A stretch of 64,000 bases of DNA from Bacillota bacterium (GTDB lineage: Bacteria; Patescibacteriota; Minisyncoccia; Phycocordibacterales; Phycocordibacteraceae), in contig JBLNCF010000015.1 in the NCBI GenBank assembly GCA_050260455.1, forward strand, positions 12,269 through 76,268. The letters are read 5' to 3'. This document shows, piece after piece, positions 8,956 through 20,084 of the stretch. The notes under the pieces are model-generated. The model did not search any database, was not told where the DNA came from, and was given only the letters and a program-made list of their open reading frames with translations. Each line of letters begins with the position of its first letter. The first letter of the stretch is position 1. A program made the translations under genes and the position numbers.

Positions 8956-9636
8956 CTATGCTGCGACGCACACCACGAACTCGCCGCGCACTTCTCCTGG
9001 ATGAGCAGTGAAGTATGCAGCAACCTCCTCCGCAGTTCCTTCCACCACTGACTCGTGTATCTTTGTCAGCTCGCGTAGGACTATCACGCGGCGCTTTTCG
9101 TCAAGCACCTCTGCTAAGGACGCGAGTGCTTTCTCAATGCGATGCGGAGATTCGTAGAACACCATCGTGCGATTGCTCTCAGCTATCTGTTGAAACAGGG
9201 TCTGCCGTCCTTTCTTGTGTGGCAGGAAGCCTACAAACGTAAACTCGTGCGTCGGGATGCCTGCAATGGAGAGCGCAGCCGTGAGTGCCGAGGGTCCAGG
9301 AATCGCTTCAATCCGCACCTCATTTCCAAGACGCTCTTTCACCTGTGCCACCAGCTCACTCCCGGGGTCGCTGATGCCTGGCGTCCCCGCGTCAGTAACG
9401 AGCGCAATTCTCTTCCCTTCCGCGAGCTGCGTGAGAATACGATCGGCGGCGAGCTTGCCGCTTTGCGCGTGATAGATGAGGAGCGGTTTTTGAATATCGA
9501 GTCGGGCCAACAGTTTCGCGGTCACCCGGGTGTCTTCACAGGCGATCGCATCCGCATCACGCAGGGTCTCGATAGCACGCAAGGTGATGTCACCCAGGTT
9601 TCCTATCGGTGTGGCGACAACGGAAAGCGTTCCCAT
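8956..9636 (-). CDS. rsmI: 16S rRNA (cytidine1402-2'-O)-methyltransferase RsmI.
   Basis: 226 aa. MGTLSVVATPIGNLGDITLRAIETLRDADAIACEDTRVT is the tetrapyrrole-methylase-fold RsmI signature. Confidence 0.85.
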   Translation of the reverse strand: MGTLSVVATPIGNLGDITLRAIETLRDADAIACEDTRVTAKLLARLDIQKPLLIYHAQSGKLAADRILTQLAEGKRIALVTDAGTPGISDPGSELVAQVKERLGNEVRIEAIPGPSALTAALSIAGIPTHEFTFVGFLPHKKGRQTLFQQIAESNRTMVFYESPHRIEKALASLAEVLDEKRRVIVLRELTKIHESVVEGTAEEVAAYFTAHPGEVRGEFVVCVAA

Positions 9637-9638
9637 AC

Positions 9639-10919
9639 TTAGGCGACGATGCCGTCCGCTACTTTGTAAATATCGCCGGCACCCATGGTAACGATCATAT
9701 CCCCTTCTTTTGGATAGGTCAGAAATGCCTGACGTATCTCATCGAACGAGAGTGCCTCGGTCGGTGTACCCTGCTCACTCACGAGAGCTGCAAGCTTCGC
9801 GCTCGAAACGGTGCCGTCATCCATTTCCCGTGCTGCATAGATAGGTGCAATGAATACCCCGTCCGCATCATTGAATGCGCCTGCAAAATCCGCGAGCAGG
9901 TCACGGGTACGGCTGTAGAGATGCGGATGGAAAGCAACAAACAACTTCCCTCGCGTACGCTTCTTAAGTTCGGCGAGCGTTTTCTTGATGGCGGTCGGAT
10001 GGTGCGCATAGTCGTCGTATACCTCCGCGCCCGCTTTCGTGCGTCCCTTGTATTCAAACCGTCGCCACGTACCCCGGAATGACGAGAGTGCTCCCCGTAT
10101 ATCGTTCATAGATGCAGTCGGCATCAGGAAACATGCAGCGGCAACCGCCGCTCGAGCATTATCCTGATTGAAATCGCCTGGCAAGACGAGTTCGTACGTC
10201 TCATCGCCCGCACGGTAATCGATGATGCGTGCAGAGAGTCCGGCGAGCACCGGCACAATGTTCGGATGCGTTGCGTCTGCAATGATTGCGCCATCTGCCG
10301 GCACCTTCTCTGCCAGTTCGCGGAATGCGCTCTGCACATCCGCAAGATCGCGATAATAGTCCGTGTGGTCCCATTCAATGTTCGTAATGACGAGGACATT
10401 CGGCGAAAGCGTAAGAAAGTCACGCTTGTATTCACAGGCTTCGACCACGAACAAATCGGAATCCCCCTGTACGTAATTACTACCGAAATCTTTCAACAGA
10501 CTTCCTACGACAGCGGTCGGACGAAGTCCCAGATGTAGGAGGATGGAAGCGGTCATCCCCGTCGTGGTGGTCTTCCCGTGGGTACCTGCCACTGCAATGG
10601 TCTTCTTTCCCTGTGAGACCTCTCCGAGCGCAGCGAAATAGGATAGCTCCTTGATACCCAGGTCTTTTGCTCGCACGCGCTCGGGATTGTCCGGCCACAC
10701 TGCCTCGCTATACACAACGAGGTCGGCATCCTCGGGAACGTTCTCCGCTCGCTGTCCGAACGCGATGGCAATACCCTCCTTTTCAAGAAGCTCGGTCACC
10801 GGGCTCTCCTCGCGATCGGAACCGGATACCTGCACGCCTTGGTCAGCCATGAGCTGGGCAAGCGCAGACATCCCAATGCCTCCGATACCGATGAAGTACG
10901 CTTTCTTAACCCCGTCCAT
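9639..10919 (-). CDS. murC: UDP-N-acetylmuramate--L-alanine ligase.
   Basis: 426 aa. N-terminal YFIGIGGIGMSALAQLM, P-loop GTHGKTTTT, and the Mur ligase middle and C-terminal domains. Confidence 0.9.
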   Translation of the reverse strand: MDGVKKAYFIGIGGIGMSALAQLMADQGVQVSGSDREESPVTELLEKEGIAIAFGQRAENVPEDADLVVYSEAVWPDNPERVRAKDLGIKELSYFAALGEVSQGKKTIAVAGTHGKTTTTGMTASILLHLGLRPTAVVGSLLKDFGSNYVQGDSDLFVVEACEYKRDFLTLSPNVLVITNIEWDHTDYYRDLADVQSAFRELAEKVPADGAIIADATHPNIVPVLAGLSARIIDYRAGDETYELVLPGDFNQDNARAAVAAACFLMPTASMNDIRGALSSFRGTWRRFEYKGRTKAGAEVYDDYAHHPTAIKKTLAELKKRTRGKLFVAFHPHLYSRTRDLLADFAGAFNDADGVFIAPIYAAREMDDGTVSSAKLAALVSEQGTPTEALSFDEIRQAFLTYPKEGDMIVTMGAGDIYKVADGIVA

Positions 10920-11412
10920 ACCGTATATATGCCTCTATGATCCTCGATTCGTCCAGGTCGGGCCGGATAGCACCACCCTGTCCCACCATCCGCTCACGCA
11001 GGAACTCGGCAGGATGCCACTCGAGCACACTGAATGATTCATTATCCTCCTCGCGTGGACCCACCTCTTGTACGTCGGTAACGAGGAAATACGGCGTAGT
11101 CTTTTCCATAGGACCTGTTCGGGACGGTACGGTCGCCTGAACGGCACCCAGGTATTTCCCCACCGTACCAGTGCATCCGAACTCCTCTCGCACACCCCGG
11201 AGCACGCACTCGACGATTGTTTCCTCTTCTTCAAGTGATTCACGCATAAGGATATAGACCTCGTCCCGGTCGATGAAATTATCTCCGAACTGTTCGGGGG
11301 CGCGTGCTCGCTCTCGCTTGTGGACGAGTATCTCCCCATCCCCATTCACGACCACCGCTCCAATAGAAATATGAAAGGGCTGCCCCTCTTGATGCTGGTA
11401 TCTGCTTTTCAT
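10906..11412 (-). CDS. NUDIX hydrolase.
   Basis: 168 aa. Nudix box around RESLEEEETIVECVLRGVREEFGCTG (REx2EExG). It overlaps murC and murD by a few nt, so it is in the mur operon. Confidence 0.7.
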   Translation of the reverse strand: MKSRYQHQEGQPFHISIGAVVVNGDGEILVHKRERARAPEQFGDNFIDRDEVYILMRESLEEEETIVECVLRGVREEFGCTGTVGKYLGAVQATVPSRTGPMEKTTPYFLVTDVQEVGPREEDNESFSVLEWHPAEFLRERMVGQGGAIRPDLDESRIIEAYIRYGRG

Positions 11413-12728
11413 AATGCGCGAACAAGTGCGTTGAACTGATCACCACGGTCGTATTCATTCTTGAACATGCCGAAGGATGCAAATCCCGGCGACAACAACA
11501 CTATGTCTCCAGCACTTGAACTACGAACTGCCTCATCGAATGCTGATTTAAGATCATCGTATATGGAAACGTTCTCCAGCTGGTGACTTATGCGCGATGT
11601 GCCGCTGCCAGCAAGCATGATGACGCGCTTAGTACGAAGCGAGAGCTCCGTACTAAGACCGGTCATATCAAGACCCTTGTCCGCCCCGCCCATAATGAGA
11701 GTGACCTTGTGCTCTTCCTTCGGATCAAGTGCTCGAAGCGCAGCGATAGTGGCGTCGGGTGTCGTTGCCGTGGTGTCGTTATACATCTTCACTCCGTTCA
11801 CCTCTCGTACAAACTCGAGCCTGCCAGGCACCCCCTTAAAATCGGCGAGTGCAGCTTTGATATCTTCATCATCCACCGAAAGCGCACGAGCAGCTTCGAC
11901 CGCAAGCGCAGCATCGTAGCGATTGTGCTCACCTGGAAGCTGAAGCTCCCAGTCAGCGCGAAAATCAAGATCGCTCGCAGTGACTACCGAAGCCTGAATG
12001 CGATCCCCATACTTCTCTTCTATCAGCTCTGCGCACTGTGCACCAAGCACGAGCGTATCGGTCGCTTCCTGATACAGGAATATATTTGCTTTATCCGCGA
12101 GATACGCATCCAGATCATGGTAGTAATTGAGGTGGTCTGGGTAGAAGGTACTGAACACCGCTATATGCGGACTCATCTTCGCCTCGCCCCATCCCTGACA
12201 CTGCCACGAGTCGAGCTCCAGTACCGCAATGTGATCAGCCGTGACGTCCGGAAGAAGCGCGAGTGTGGACACACCCCGCACGTTACCTCCGAGAAGGGTC
12301 GCGTGTCCTGCTCGCTCCAAAATGGCATGAATCATGTGCGTCGTGGTCGATTTCCCTCGAGTGCCAGTTATGCCGACACAGGTCACCCCGGAAAGCTCCG
12401 CAAACCATGACGCGCTCATTTTGATGGGCGTTCCCTCGGCACGAGCTGCATCAAGATACGGCGACGGATCGGGAACACCTGCCGCTTTCAGTATGAAATC
12501 TCGTCCTTGGAAATCCTCGGTGCGGTGCTCACCGAGGGTGTAGCGGATATTCGGAAAGTCACCGAGCTGTGCGAGCGAGGGAGCGAGCTCTTCTTCGCTC
12601 TTCAGATCCGTCACAATGAGATCCGCTCCCTGTTCGGCAAGAAAACGGGCATCCCCCACCCCTCTGCCAAGGAGACCAAGGCCGAGTACGGTTATTTTCT
12701 TCCCGGCAAAATAGGCGTGAGCATCCAT
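11409..12728 (-). CDS. murD: UDP-N-acetylmuramoylalanine--D-glutamate ligase.
   Basis: 439 aa. KKITVLGLGLLGRGVG N-terminal Rossmann; GITGTRGKSTTTHMI P-loop. Confidence 0.9.
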   Translation of the reverse strand: MDAHAYFAGKKITVLGLGLLGRGVGDARFLAEQGADLIVTDLKSEEELAPSLAQLGDFPNIRYTLGEHRTEDFQGRDFILKAAGVPDPSPYLDAARAEGTPIKMSASWFAELSGVTCVGITGTRGKSTTTHMIHAILERAGHATLLGGNVRGVSTLALLPDVTADHIAVLELDSWQCQGWGEAKMSPHIAVFSTFYPDHLNYYHDLDAYLADKANIFLYQEATDTLVLGAQCAELIEEKYGDRIQASVVTASDLDFRADWELQLPGEHNRYDAALAVEAARALSVDDEDIKAALADFKGVPGRLEFVREVNGVKMYNDTTATTPDATIAALRALDPKEEHKVTLIMGGADKGLDMTGLSTELSLRTKRVIMLAGSGTSRISHQLENVSIYDDLKSAFDEAVRSSSAGDIVLLSPGFASFGMFKNEYDRGDQFNALVRAL

Positions 12729-12766
12729 GAACGCATCCTAGCTTCGATACCCATTCCTGGCTAGCA

Positions 12767-13297
12767 CTAGCTATTACAGTCCTTCTTGGTACGGACGTCA
12801 GTATGGGAGAGCGCCTGTGCGTCGGAGAACGGAACTACCACAAGCTGGTACGGACTGGTGATTTCTTCAATAACCGTGCATTCGGCTCCGGGCTCACCAA
12901 TGACTACCGAGACCGAGCGCGTATTGCCCGTATCTATGATCTTGTCTACAGAAATAGTGTACCCGCCAGTCGGTTCAGTGCCGGCAAAGACCGCGATGAC
13001 GTAATTCTTCGAGAAGTCCACAGTGGGAACTGGAGCCCCATCATCGCCATGTACTTTCTTCCAGAAATCAGCGAGCTCGCTCGCATCATAGATCGCGTAA
13101 TTCTTGCGGGAGGTTATCTCCTTGGCATTCATACCCTGGTCGAGCACCTTGAATTTCACTTCCCTACTCTCGCTCGCCTGTGGAGTGTCGACACCAGGCG
13201 GCACTAAGAGTCGCGTAGCGGGATGCGTGAGGAAAAGCCATGCACCTATAATCACAGCCAGAACGCACACACCTCCGACAATGAGTACATTTCTCAT
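12767..13297 (-). CDS. Membrane-anchored hypothetical protein with a beta-rich C-terminal domain; start taken at Met45 of the 220-aa ORF.
   Basis: MRNVLIVGGVCVLAVIIGAWLFLTHP is a signal-anchor. The remainder, YVIAVFAGTEPTGGYTISVDKIIDTGNTRSVSVVIGEPGAECTVIEEITSPYQLVVVP, has no confident family assignment. Confidence 0.45.
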   Translation of the reverse strand: MRNVLIVGGVCVLAVIIGAWLFLTHPATRLLVPPGVDTPQASESREVKFKVLDQGMNAKEITSRKNYAIYDASELADFWKKVHGDDGAPVPTVDFSKNYVIAVFAGTEPTGGYTISVDKIIDTGNTRSVSVVIGEPGAECTVIEEITSPYQLVVVPFSDAQALSHTDVRTKKDCNS

Positions 13298-13377
13298 GTA
13301 AGTAGTATACCGCGCATAGAGAGCGCATATAAAAGTGACGCGTACCGTTTGTAGATACGCGCCAGTCCCGTCGAAGC

Positions 13378-13716
13378 CTAGACCGATTTGCTCGGTACTG
13401 GCTTCGGTGGAATGGAAATGTTCGCCCATTGAGCAAGCTTCAGCCTCCCCCAGCGGAGCGTCCAGGACAGCCCTGTCAATGCGTCGATTCGGTAGAAGGA
13501 AGTGCCGAGATCCCGATACACTTGTCTGCGCTGATCGACGTCCCGTATGTACGGCGCCCGAGCGGCAGCTTCATCGAGAAGAGAAGCGTATCGCGAGCTC
13601 ATGGTGCCCAGTTCAGCAGCAAGACGGATGAGCGCAAGCGCTCGTGCGTACTCGCCAAGAGCTTCCTTAGTAGTCAGTCGTAGGTCTCGCTCCGCGTCAT
13701 TCTTCTTATACTCCAC
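13378..13716 (-). CDS. Hypothetical protein, 112 aa.
   Basis: Complete ORF downstream of tRNA-Ile on the same strand. No recognisable domain. Confidence 0.3.
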   Translation of the reverse strand: MEYKKNDAERDLRLTTKEALGEYARALALIRLAAELGTMSSRYASLLDEAAARAPYIRDVDQRRQVYRDLGTSFYRIDALTGLSWTLRWGRLKLAQWANISIPPKPVPSKSV

Positions 13717-13838
13717 GTCCGCGTCTCCTCATTCCTCCGTGTTGCGACGATATTTCTATGTGATTTATACCATGAAAATCGACTCATCGCAAAAAGCAGC
13801 ACATCTTAGTCCTAGAAGAAATGGTAAAAGGCCCTCTG

Positions 13839-13911
13839 TGCACGCTCTAGGATTCGAACCTAGGACCGCTCGAGTATCAGTCGAGTGCTCTACCAACTGA
13901 GCTAAGCGTGC
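13839..13911 (-). tRNA. tRNA-Ile (anticodon GAU).
   Basis: Reverse complement is GCACGCT TA GCTC AGTTGGTA GAGC A CTCGA CTGATAC TCGAG CGGTC CTAGG TTCGAAT CCTAG AGCGTGC A. It folds as a perfect cloverleaf with a GGTTCGAAT T-loop. CCA is not encoded. Confidence 0.8.
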
Positions 13912-14261
13912 ACACAAGGCCTTACCAATACCACCGGATACTACCAGAAATCCCCAGGGCTTTCCAGCGTCTTCATCTGATCCCGCTATACTTATAGTGT
14001 CGATGAGATACCCACTTATCAATCATCAGACAACGGGCGAGAAAGCGGCTTTCGGCCGCTCTTTTCTTTTCTACTCATGAGAAATCCAACTATCGGAGCA
14101 CACCGCGGCTCCACTCGAGAAGCTAAGAAGATCTATTCGCATCGCATTTCAACCATCGAGGACAAACTTAAACGACATCGACGAAAAGCGCGCATTTGGC
14201 GTCGTGCCGTACGACGTCTCGCCACAGATGTGATGCTCGCTGCTTCTGAACCGTCAATCGC

Positions 14262-14325
14262 ATAACGTAAAAGCGCCGCGTGGTGAGTGCTTCCGAAGAA
14301 GTACTCACCACGCGACGCTCTTTTT
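14262..14325. terminator. Bidirectional intrinsic terminator: 12-bp stem CGCGTGGTGAGT/ACTCACCACGCG with a U/T run on each side.
   Basis: On the plus strand the stem is followed by TCTTTTTC. On the minus strand, downstream of the 16S region, it is followed by GCGCUUUUAC. Confidence 0.5.
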
Positions 14326-14332
14326 CAATCAA

Positions 14333-16030
<1,698 letters not shown>

Positions 16031-16622
16031 AGAATAGGCGGAACACAAGAAATGATTTTCTTATTGTACCTACCTTTTGATTGTTGAATTACCTCGAAGG
16101 GTTTCGAGATAATTCTGCTCGTATTCAGTTTTCAAGGGTCGGGCTGTCCCACGACAGCGCAAAAACTAGCCCGCCCCCATACGAGGGCGATAGGCACATA
16201 CTATAGGAAGCCGTATAGGGAGTCAAGCGGCGCAGCAGGCCCGTAACATGGCCATATTTGACGCCACTACATTCTTATGTCATCATCACGCCAGCCGACA
16301 CAGGAGATACTGCCGATGCCGTTTAAACGACGGGGTGCTCGTCCTTCGCACCTGACCCTGGTCCAAAGCACATCAGCGACCAGTACCCCAGAGCCTGCAC
16401 GGAAGTCATTGTATACCTTCCTCTGCGAGGAAGATTCGTTCCTACTCCCGCCCAACTTGGGGAGCATTGCCCCACCCGCCGAGTTTGATGAACTTGATTT
16501 CTTGGGGTTTGAGACCTGAACATTCCTGCAGCCGATCGAAGGAGCGCGAGCAACCCTCGCGCTTTTTCTTTGAATACACTTTCTTATTTCCACAAGTTGC
16601 CTCCCCGGGACAGAGGCGTAGA

Positions 16623-17354
16623 ATGGGTATAGCCGTCAAGCTTTGCAATAGAGATTTCATGCTGCGCATTAAGCGAGAATACGTCGTCGTGTCCGTCGGA
16701 GGGTCTTTGATCGTTCCCGACCAGATAGATACCGCATTTCTGAAATCCTTCCGCGAGCTTCTCCTCCACAAGGTAGACGAGGGCACCTCCTTTTTCATCA
16801 TCACAGGCGGCGGTAAGACCGCACGTCGTTATCAGCAGGCCGCCGAGGAAACCCGTGGAGACCTTCCACGTGATGATCTCGATTGGCTGGGCATACATTC
16901 CACACGTTTAAACGCGCATTTGATGCGTACACTTTTCTTAGAAGAAGCGCAGGCGCGTATCGTGAAGAATCCAACCCGCGGCGTACGTCCCACCCAGCCC
17001 ATCATCATTGGTGCTGGTTGGAAACCCGGTTGGTCCACTGACTACTGTGCCGTTATGGCCGCAAAGAAGCTGGGAGCACACAAGCTCGTGAATCTTTCCA
17101 ATATTGATTACGTATACGATTCGGACCCGAGGAAGAATCCAGACGCAAAGAAGATAGAAAAGATCGCGTGGTCGGAGTTCAGGAAGCTCATTCCTTCTGA
17201 ATGGGATCCCGGTCTCTCCTCCCCCTTTGATCCAGTCGCCGCTCGCGAAGCAGAAGAGGCAGGACTTGAAGTCGCTATTATGAACGGAGCGAATCTCTCC
17301 GAATTCGAAAAGTATCTTAACGACGAACCGTTCGCTGGGACTATTATCTCTTAG
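16623..17354 (+). CDS. pyrH: Uridylate (UMP) kinase.
   Basis: Amino-acid-kinase fold: YVVVSVGGSLIVPDQ, FIITGGGKTAR, IIIGAGWKPGWSTD. Start taken at Met53 of the ORF, which is preceded by GAGG. Confidence 0.8.
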   Translation: MGIAVKLCNRDFMLRIKREYVVVSVGGSLIVPDQIDTAFLKSFRELLLHKVDEGTSFFIITGGGKTARRYQQAAEETRGDLPRDDLDWLGIHSTRLNAHLMRTLFLEEAQARIVKNPTRGVRPTQPIIIGAGWKPGWSTDYCAVMAAKKLGAHKLVNLSNIDYVYDSDPRKNPDAKKIEKIAWSEFRKLIPSEWDPGLSSPFDPVAAREAEEAGLEVAIMNGANLSEFEKYLNDEPFAGTIIS

Positions 17355-17356
17355 CT

Positions 17357-17689
17357 TTAGGAATAGAGCTTATTCCTAATAGCGATAAGTTTCTCGATAA
17401 TAGCCGGGTCTTCAATACGAGTGAACCGCGGCTTAGTTTCTCCATCTATTTCTACAGTTTCCAGAGCCATCTCAAGTGGCCGGAGATCAAATAACTTTCC
17501 CAGCTGGTATACATAAGCGTCTTCATAGAGTGGACGATATACCATCATGAAAGCATCTTCCGGACGACAGTCTTCTTCTGTATGATGCCCTGCACCGAAG
17601 ATTTCATACGCATAATTATTCACTGGCCCGCTCGGATCATGTTTGTAGTGGTAGTAGAAACCGGCTGCTGGAATTATAGGAGTCTCCAT
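17357..17689 (-). CDS. DUF1653-family protein.
   Basis: 110 aa. YYHYKHDPSGPVNNYAYEIFGAGHHTEE...YRPLYEDAYVY...RPLEMA fits the DUF1653 pattern. Confidence 0.55.
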   Translation of the reverse strand: METPIIPAAGFYYHYKHDPSGPVNNYAYEIFGAGHHTEEDCRPEDAFMMVYRPLYEDAYVYQLGKLFDLRPLEMALETVEIDGETKPRFTRIEDPAIIEKLIAIRNKLYS

Positions 17690-17700
17690 AGGTATATATG

Positions 17701-17964
17701 TTAGTTCTCTTTACTAGGGGTAGTTTTTCGTTCCACCTCTCGCACTCGCTGATACGCGAGCGTTGCCCATTGAATTCCCACAATGGCCTGTGAGACTGCG
17801 GCCAGCCATAGATGCAGACTAAAAAATACTACCGAGGAGAGGAATAATGAGAGTGCGGTAGGAATACTCGATGCAAGTGGTGGTTTCTCTCTCGCAAATA
17901 GCATAGGAATGAGCGTAAGACAAAAGAATACTTGCACAACGGTGAGGAGGTAATCCTGCCACAT
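17701..17964 (-). CDS. Small membrane protein, 87 aa, two predicted transmembrane helices.
   Basis: Hydrophobic segments VVQVFFCLTLIPMLFA and LSLFLSSVVFFSLHLWLAAV. Confidence 0.35.
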   Translation of the reverse strand: MWQDYLLTVVQVFFCLTLIPMLFAREKPPLASSIPTALSLFLSSVVFFSLHLWLAAVSQAIVGIQWATLAYQRVREVERKTTPSKEN

Positions 17965-18054
17965 ATTTTATGATGCTAGCTTTCCCTCTATTCTCGCACG
18001 TACGCATTCGTACACCTCTTCGGCAGTTTGCTCGTCTCTCGATATGACAGATGA

Positions 18055-18621
18055 TTATCGTGCAGCAAGCTCTGTGAGCATGCCTTCTATCTTCTCCGCG
18101 AGCCCATTAAATGAGCCATCATTAACAATGGTGTAATCAGCATCCGTCATTACCTGCTTCACATTCATCTGCGCAGGATCGTTCGGATCTTTGGGAGTCA
18201 TTTCACGATCCTCCTCGAAACAGAACTGTTCAAAGGACACGTTATCCGTGCCCGAGCCGCGTCCCACAATCCGTTCGTATCGGAGCTCACGAGGGGCATC
18301 CACGGCAATCACGAATCCTCCTCGTTCCTTGATACTCTTTGCTTCATCGAGGGAGCGGATAGATTCGATAATGATATCGTGTTGTCCCGCAGCATCGGCA
18401 CTCTTCGTAAATAGATCAGTAAAATATCCTCCTCCATATGTCTGGCGAAGATCGGTACCGACAATACCTGTATTCGTGCGATTTACCTCAAGACCACGCC
18501 GCTCAATCTCCTCAATGATTGCTTGACGGACCGAATAGTGAGCAAACCCTTTCTTCTCGACGAGATAGTCCACCACGGCACCCTTCCCTGCCCCGTTCGT
18601 TCCTGTGATGCCAAGAATCAT
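18055..18621 (-). CDS. P-loop nucleotide kinase, T4-phage gp1-like deoxynucleoside-monophosphate-kinase family (tandem paralog 2).
   Basis: N-terminal ILGITGTNGAGKGAVVDYLV resembles T4 dNMP kinase LIFLSGVKRSGKDTTADFIM. C-terminal DADYTIVNDGSFNGLAEKIEGMLTEL resembles T4 DGDLVITNDGSLEELFSKIKNTLKVL. Confidence 0.45.
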   Translation of the reverse strand: MILGITGTNGAGKGAVVDYLVEKKGFAHYSVRQAIIEEIERRGLEVNRTNTGIVGTDLRQTYGGGYFTDLFTKSADAAGQHDIIIESIRSLDEAKSIKERGGFVIAVDAPRELRYERIVGRGSGTDNVSFEQFCFEEDREMTPKDPNDPAQMNVKQVMTDADYTIVNDGSFNGLAEKIEGMLTELAAR

Positions 18622-19169
18622 GTTTGTTTAAATGACGCGATCGCCTCATCAACTTTGGCACGCAACTCCTCGACCGTTCCATTGTTCTCAATGCGTGCAT
18701 CCGAGAGTTGCATGACACCGAAAACATTCATATCCCACGGTTCGGAAGAGGCCATCTCTCGATCTTCCATCTCTGTAAACTGCTCCACCGTGAGCGGAAC
18801 TGCATCATGCGACATGCTCACCACGCGTTCGTAGCGGGTCTGCTTATCCGCATCCACGGCGATAAGAAAGGCACCCTTCTCTTTCAGGAATTCCGCTTCA
18901 GCGACAGTACGTACTGACTCGAGAACGGCATGGGTATCGTCTTTCGTCAATTCATAGAGGCGCTCCATGATGTACGCAGGACCGTGCTCTTTCCGAAGCT
19001 CATTACCCACATCGCGCATGGTCGTGCGATTCGGTGTAAGACCTCTCGCTTCAATAGCCTCAAGTATGACCATACGGCCCGCGTAACGCGAGAATCCTTT
19101 GTTGGCCACCAAGTACTCCACTACCGCTCCCTTACCTGCCCCGTTTGTGCCGGTAATGCCGATGAGCAT
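18618..19169 (-). CDS. P-loop nucleotide kinase, T4-phage gp1-like dNMP-kinase family (tandem paralog 1).
   Basis: MLIGITGTNGAGKGAVVEYLV and RIENNGTVEELRAKVDEAIASF. It is paralogous to 18055..18621 (about 40% identity by eye) and overlaps it by 4 nt. Confidence 0.45.
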   Translation of the reverse strand: MLIGITGTNGAGKGAVVEYLVANKGFSRYAGRMVILEAIEARGLTPNRTTMRDVGNELRKEHGPAYIMERLYELTKDDTHAVLESVRTVAEAEFLKEKGAFLIAVDADKQTRYERVVSMSHDAVPLTVEQFTEMEDREMASSEPWDMNVFGVMQLSDARIENNGTVEELRAKVDEAIASFKQT

Positions 19170-19174
19170 AGGGG

Positions 19175-20083
19175 CTAGGAATGCTTTGCGAGAACCTTCG
19201 CAAGCGGTACGAGAAGCGGAGCCGCAAGCAGGATTGATGAGTAGGTACCGGCAACCACACCCGCAAGAAGCACCAGAGAGAAGTTGAGCGTAACCGGGCT
19301 GCCGAAGAACGCGAGTGCAACCAGGGCGAGCACCACAGTAAGCGAGGTGTTGATAGAACGACCCAGTGTCTCGGTAATGGAGCGGCCCACCACCTCATCG
19401 AACTCCTGCTTGGTGCCGGTCTTCTCGTTGTGTGCGAGATGTTCGCGGACGCGATCGAAGATCACGATCGTATCATTCACCGAATAACCAAGGATCGCGA
19501 GGAGCGCGACCACGAAGAGCGTGTCGGCCTGTGCACCCGTGAAGTGCGCATAGATAGCGTAGAAGCCAGCAGGGATGAGGATATCGTGCACAAGAATCGC
19601 GACCACCGTTAGACCGTACACCCACGAGGAAACCGGACGCGAAACCTTGCGGAATGCCCAGGCAATGTAGAGCACGATGGCGAGAATGACCGAGAGAATA
19701 GCGTAGAGAGCCTTCGTAGAGAGTTCATTGCCGAGTGACGGACCGATGGAGGTCGAGCGACCCACTGTGAGAGGTGCCTGGCCATTCTCCGAGAGTGCGC
19801 CCACGAGCGCGTCATGCTCGTCGGGGGTAAGCGTACGCGTGCGGACCGAGATACCCTTCTCTCCACTCTCACGCAAAGAAGCTTCAGAGAACCCTGCATT
19901 CGAGAGTGAGGCGTGTAGCGTATCGATGGTCGGACGTGCATCTGTGTACTCCACTTCCACTAAGGACCCACCGGTGAAGTCGATGGAAAGCTGGGGCGGC
20001 CAGAAGACGATGGCAGCAATTGCCACCACCGTCAGGAGACCGGTGAAGAGGAAGAAGAAGAGACGGTGCTTTACGATGAACAT
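19175..20083 (-). CDS. secF: Protein-export membrane protein SecF.
   Basis: Start taken at Met57 (MFIVKHRLFFFLFTGLL...IDFTGGSLVEVEY), with an ATG 1 nt after the secD stop. Conserved SecF periplasmic and transmembrane regions follow. Confidence 0.85.
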   Translation of the reverse strand: MFIVKHRLFFFLFTGLLTVVAIAAIVFWPPQLSIDFTGGSLVEVEYTDARPTIDTLHASLSNAGFSEASLRESGEKGISVRTRTLTPDEHDALVGALSENGQAPLTVGRSTSIGPSLGNELSTKALYAILSVILAIVLYIAWAFRKVSRPVSSWVYGLTVVAILVHDILIPAGFYAIYAHFTGAQADTLFVVALLAILGYSVNDTIVIFDRVREHLAHNEKTGTKQEFDEVVGRSITETLGRSINTSLTVVLALVALAFFGSPVTLNFSLVLLAGVVAGTYSSILLAAPLLVPLAKVLAKHS

Positions 20084-20084
20084 A

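Noticed and set aside
11583-12410. 275-aa plus-strand ORF inside murD.
   Set aside because: Antisense to a well-conserved Mur ligase. Its Arg/Ser/Cys-rich composition is an artefact of GC-rich antisense frames.
16050-16140. Candidate sigma-70 promoter for 16S: TTGAAA at 16135-16130 and AATTAT at 16114-16109 on the minus strand.
   Set aside because: The spacer is only 15 nt and the -10 element is poor. It is too weak to list as a feature without transcription-start data.
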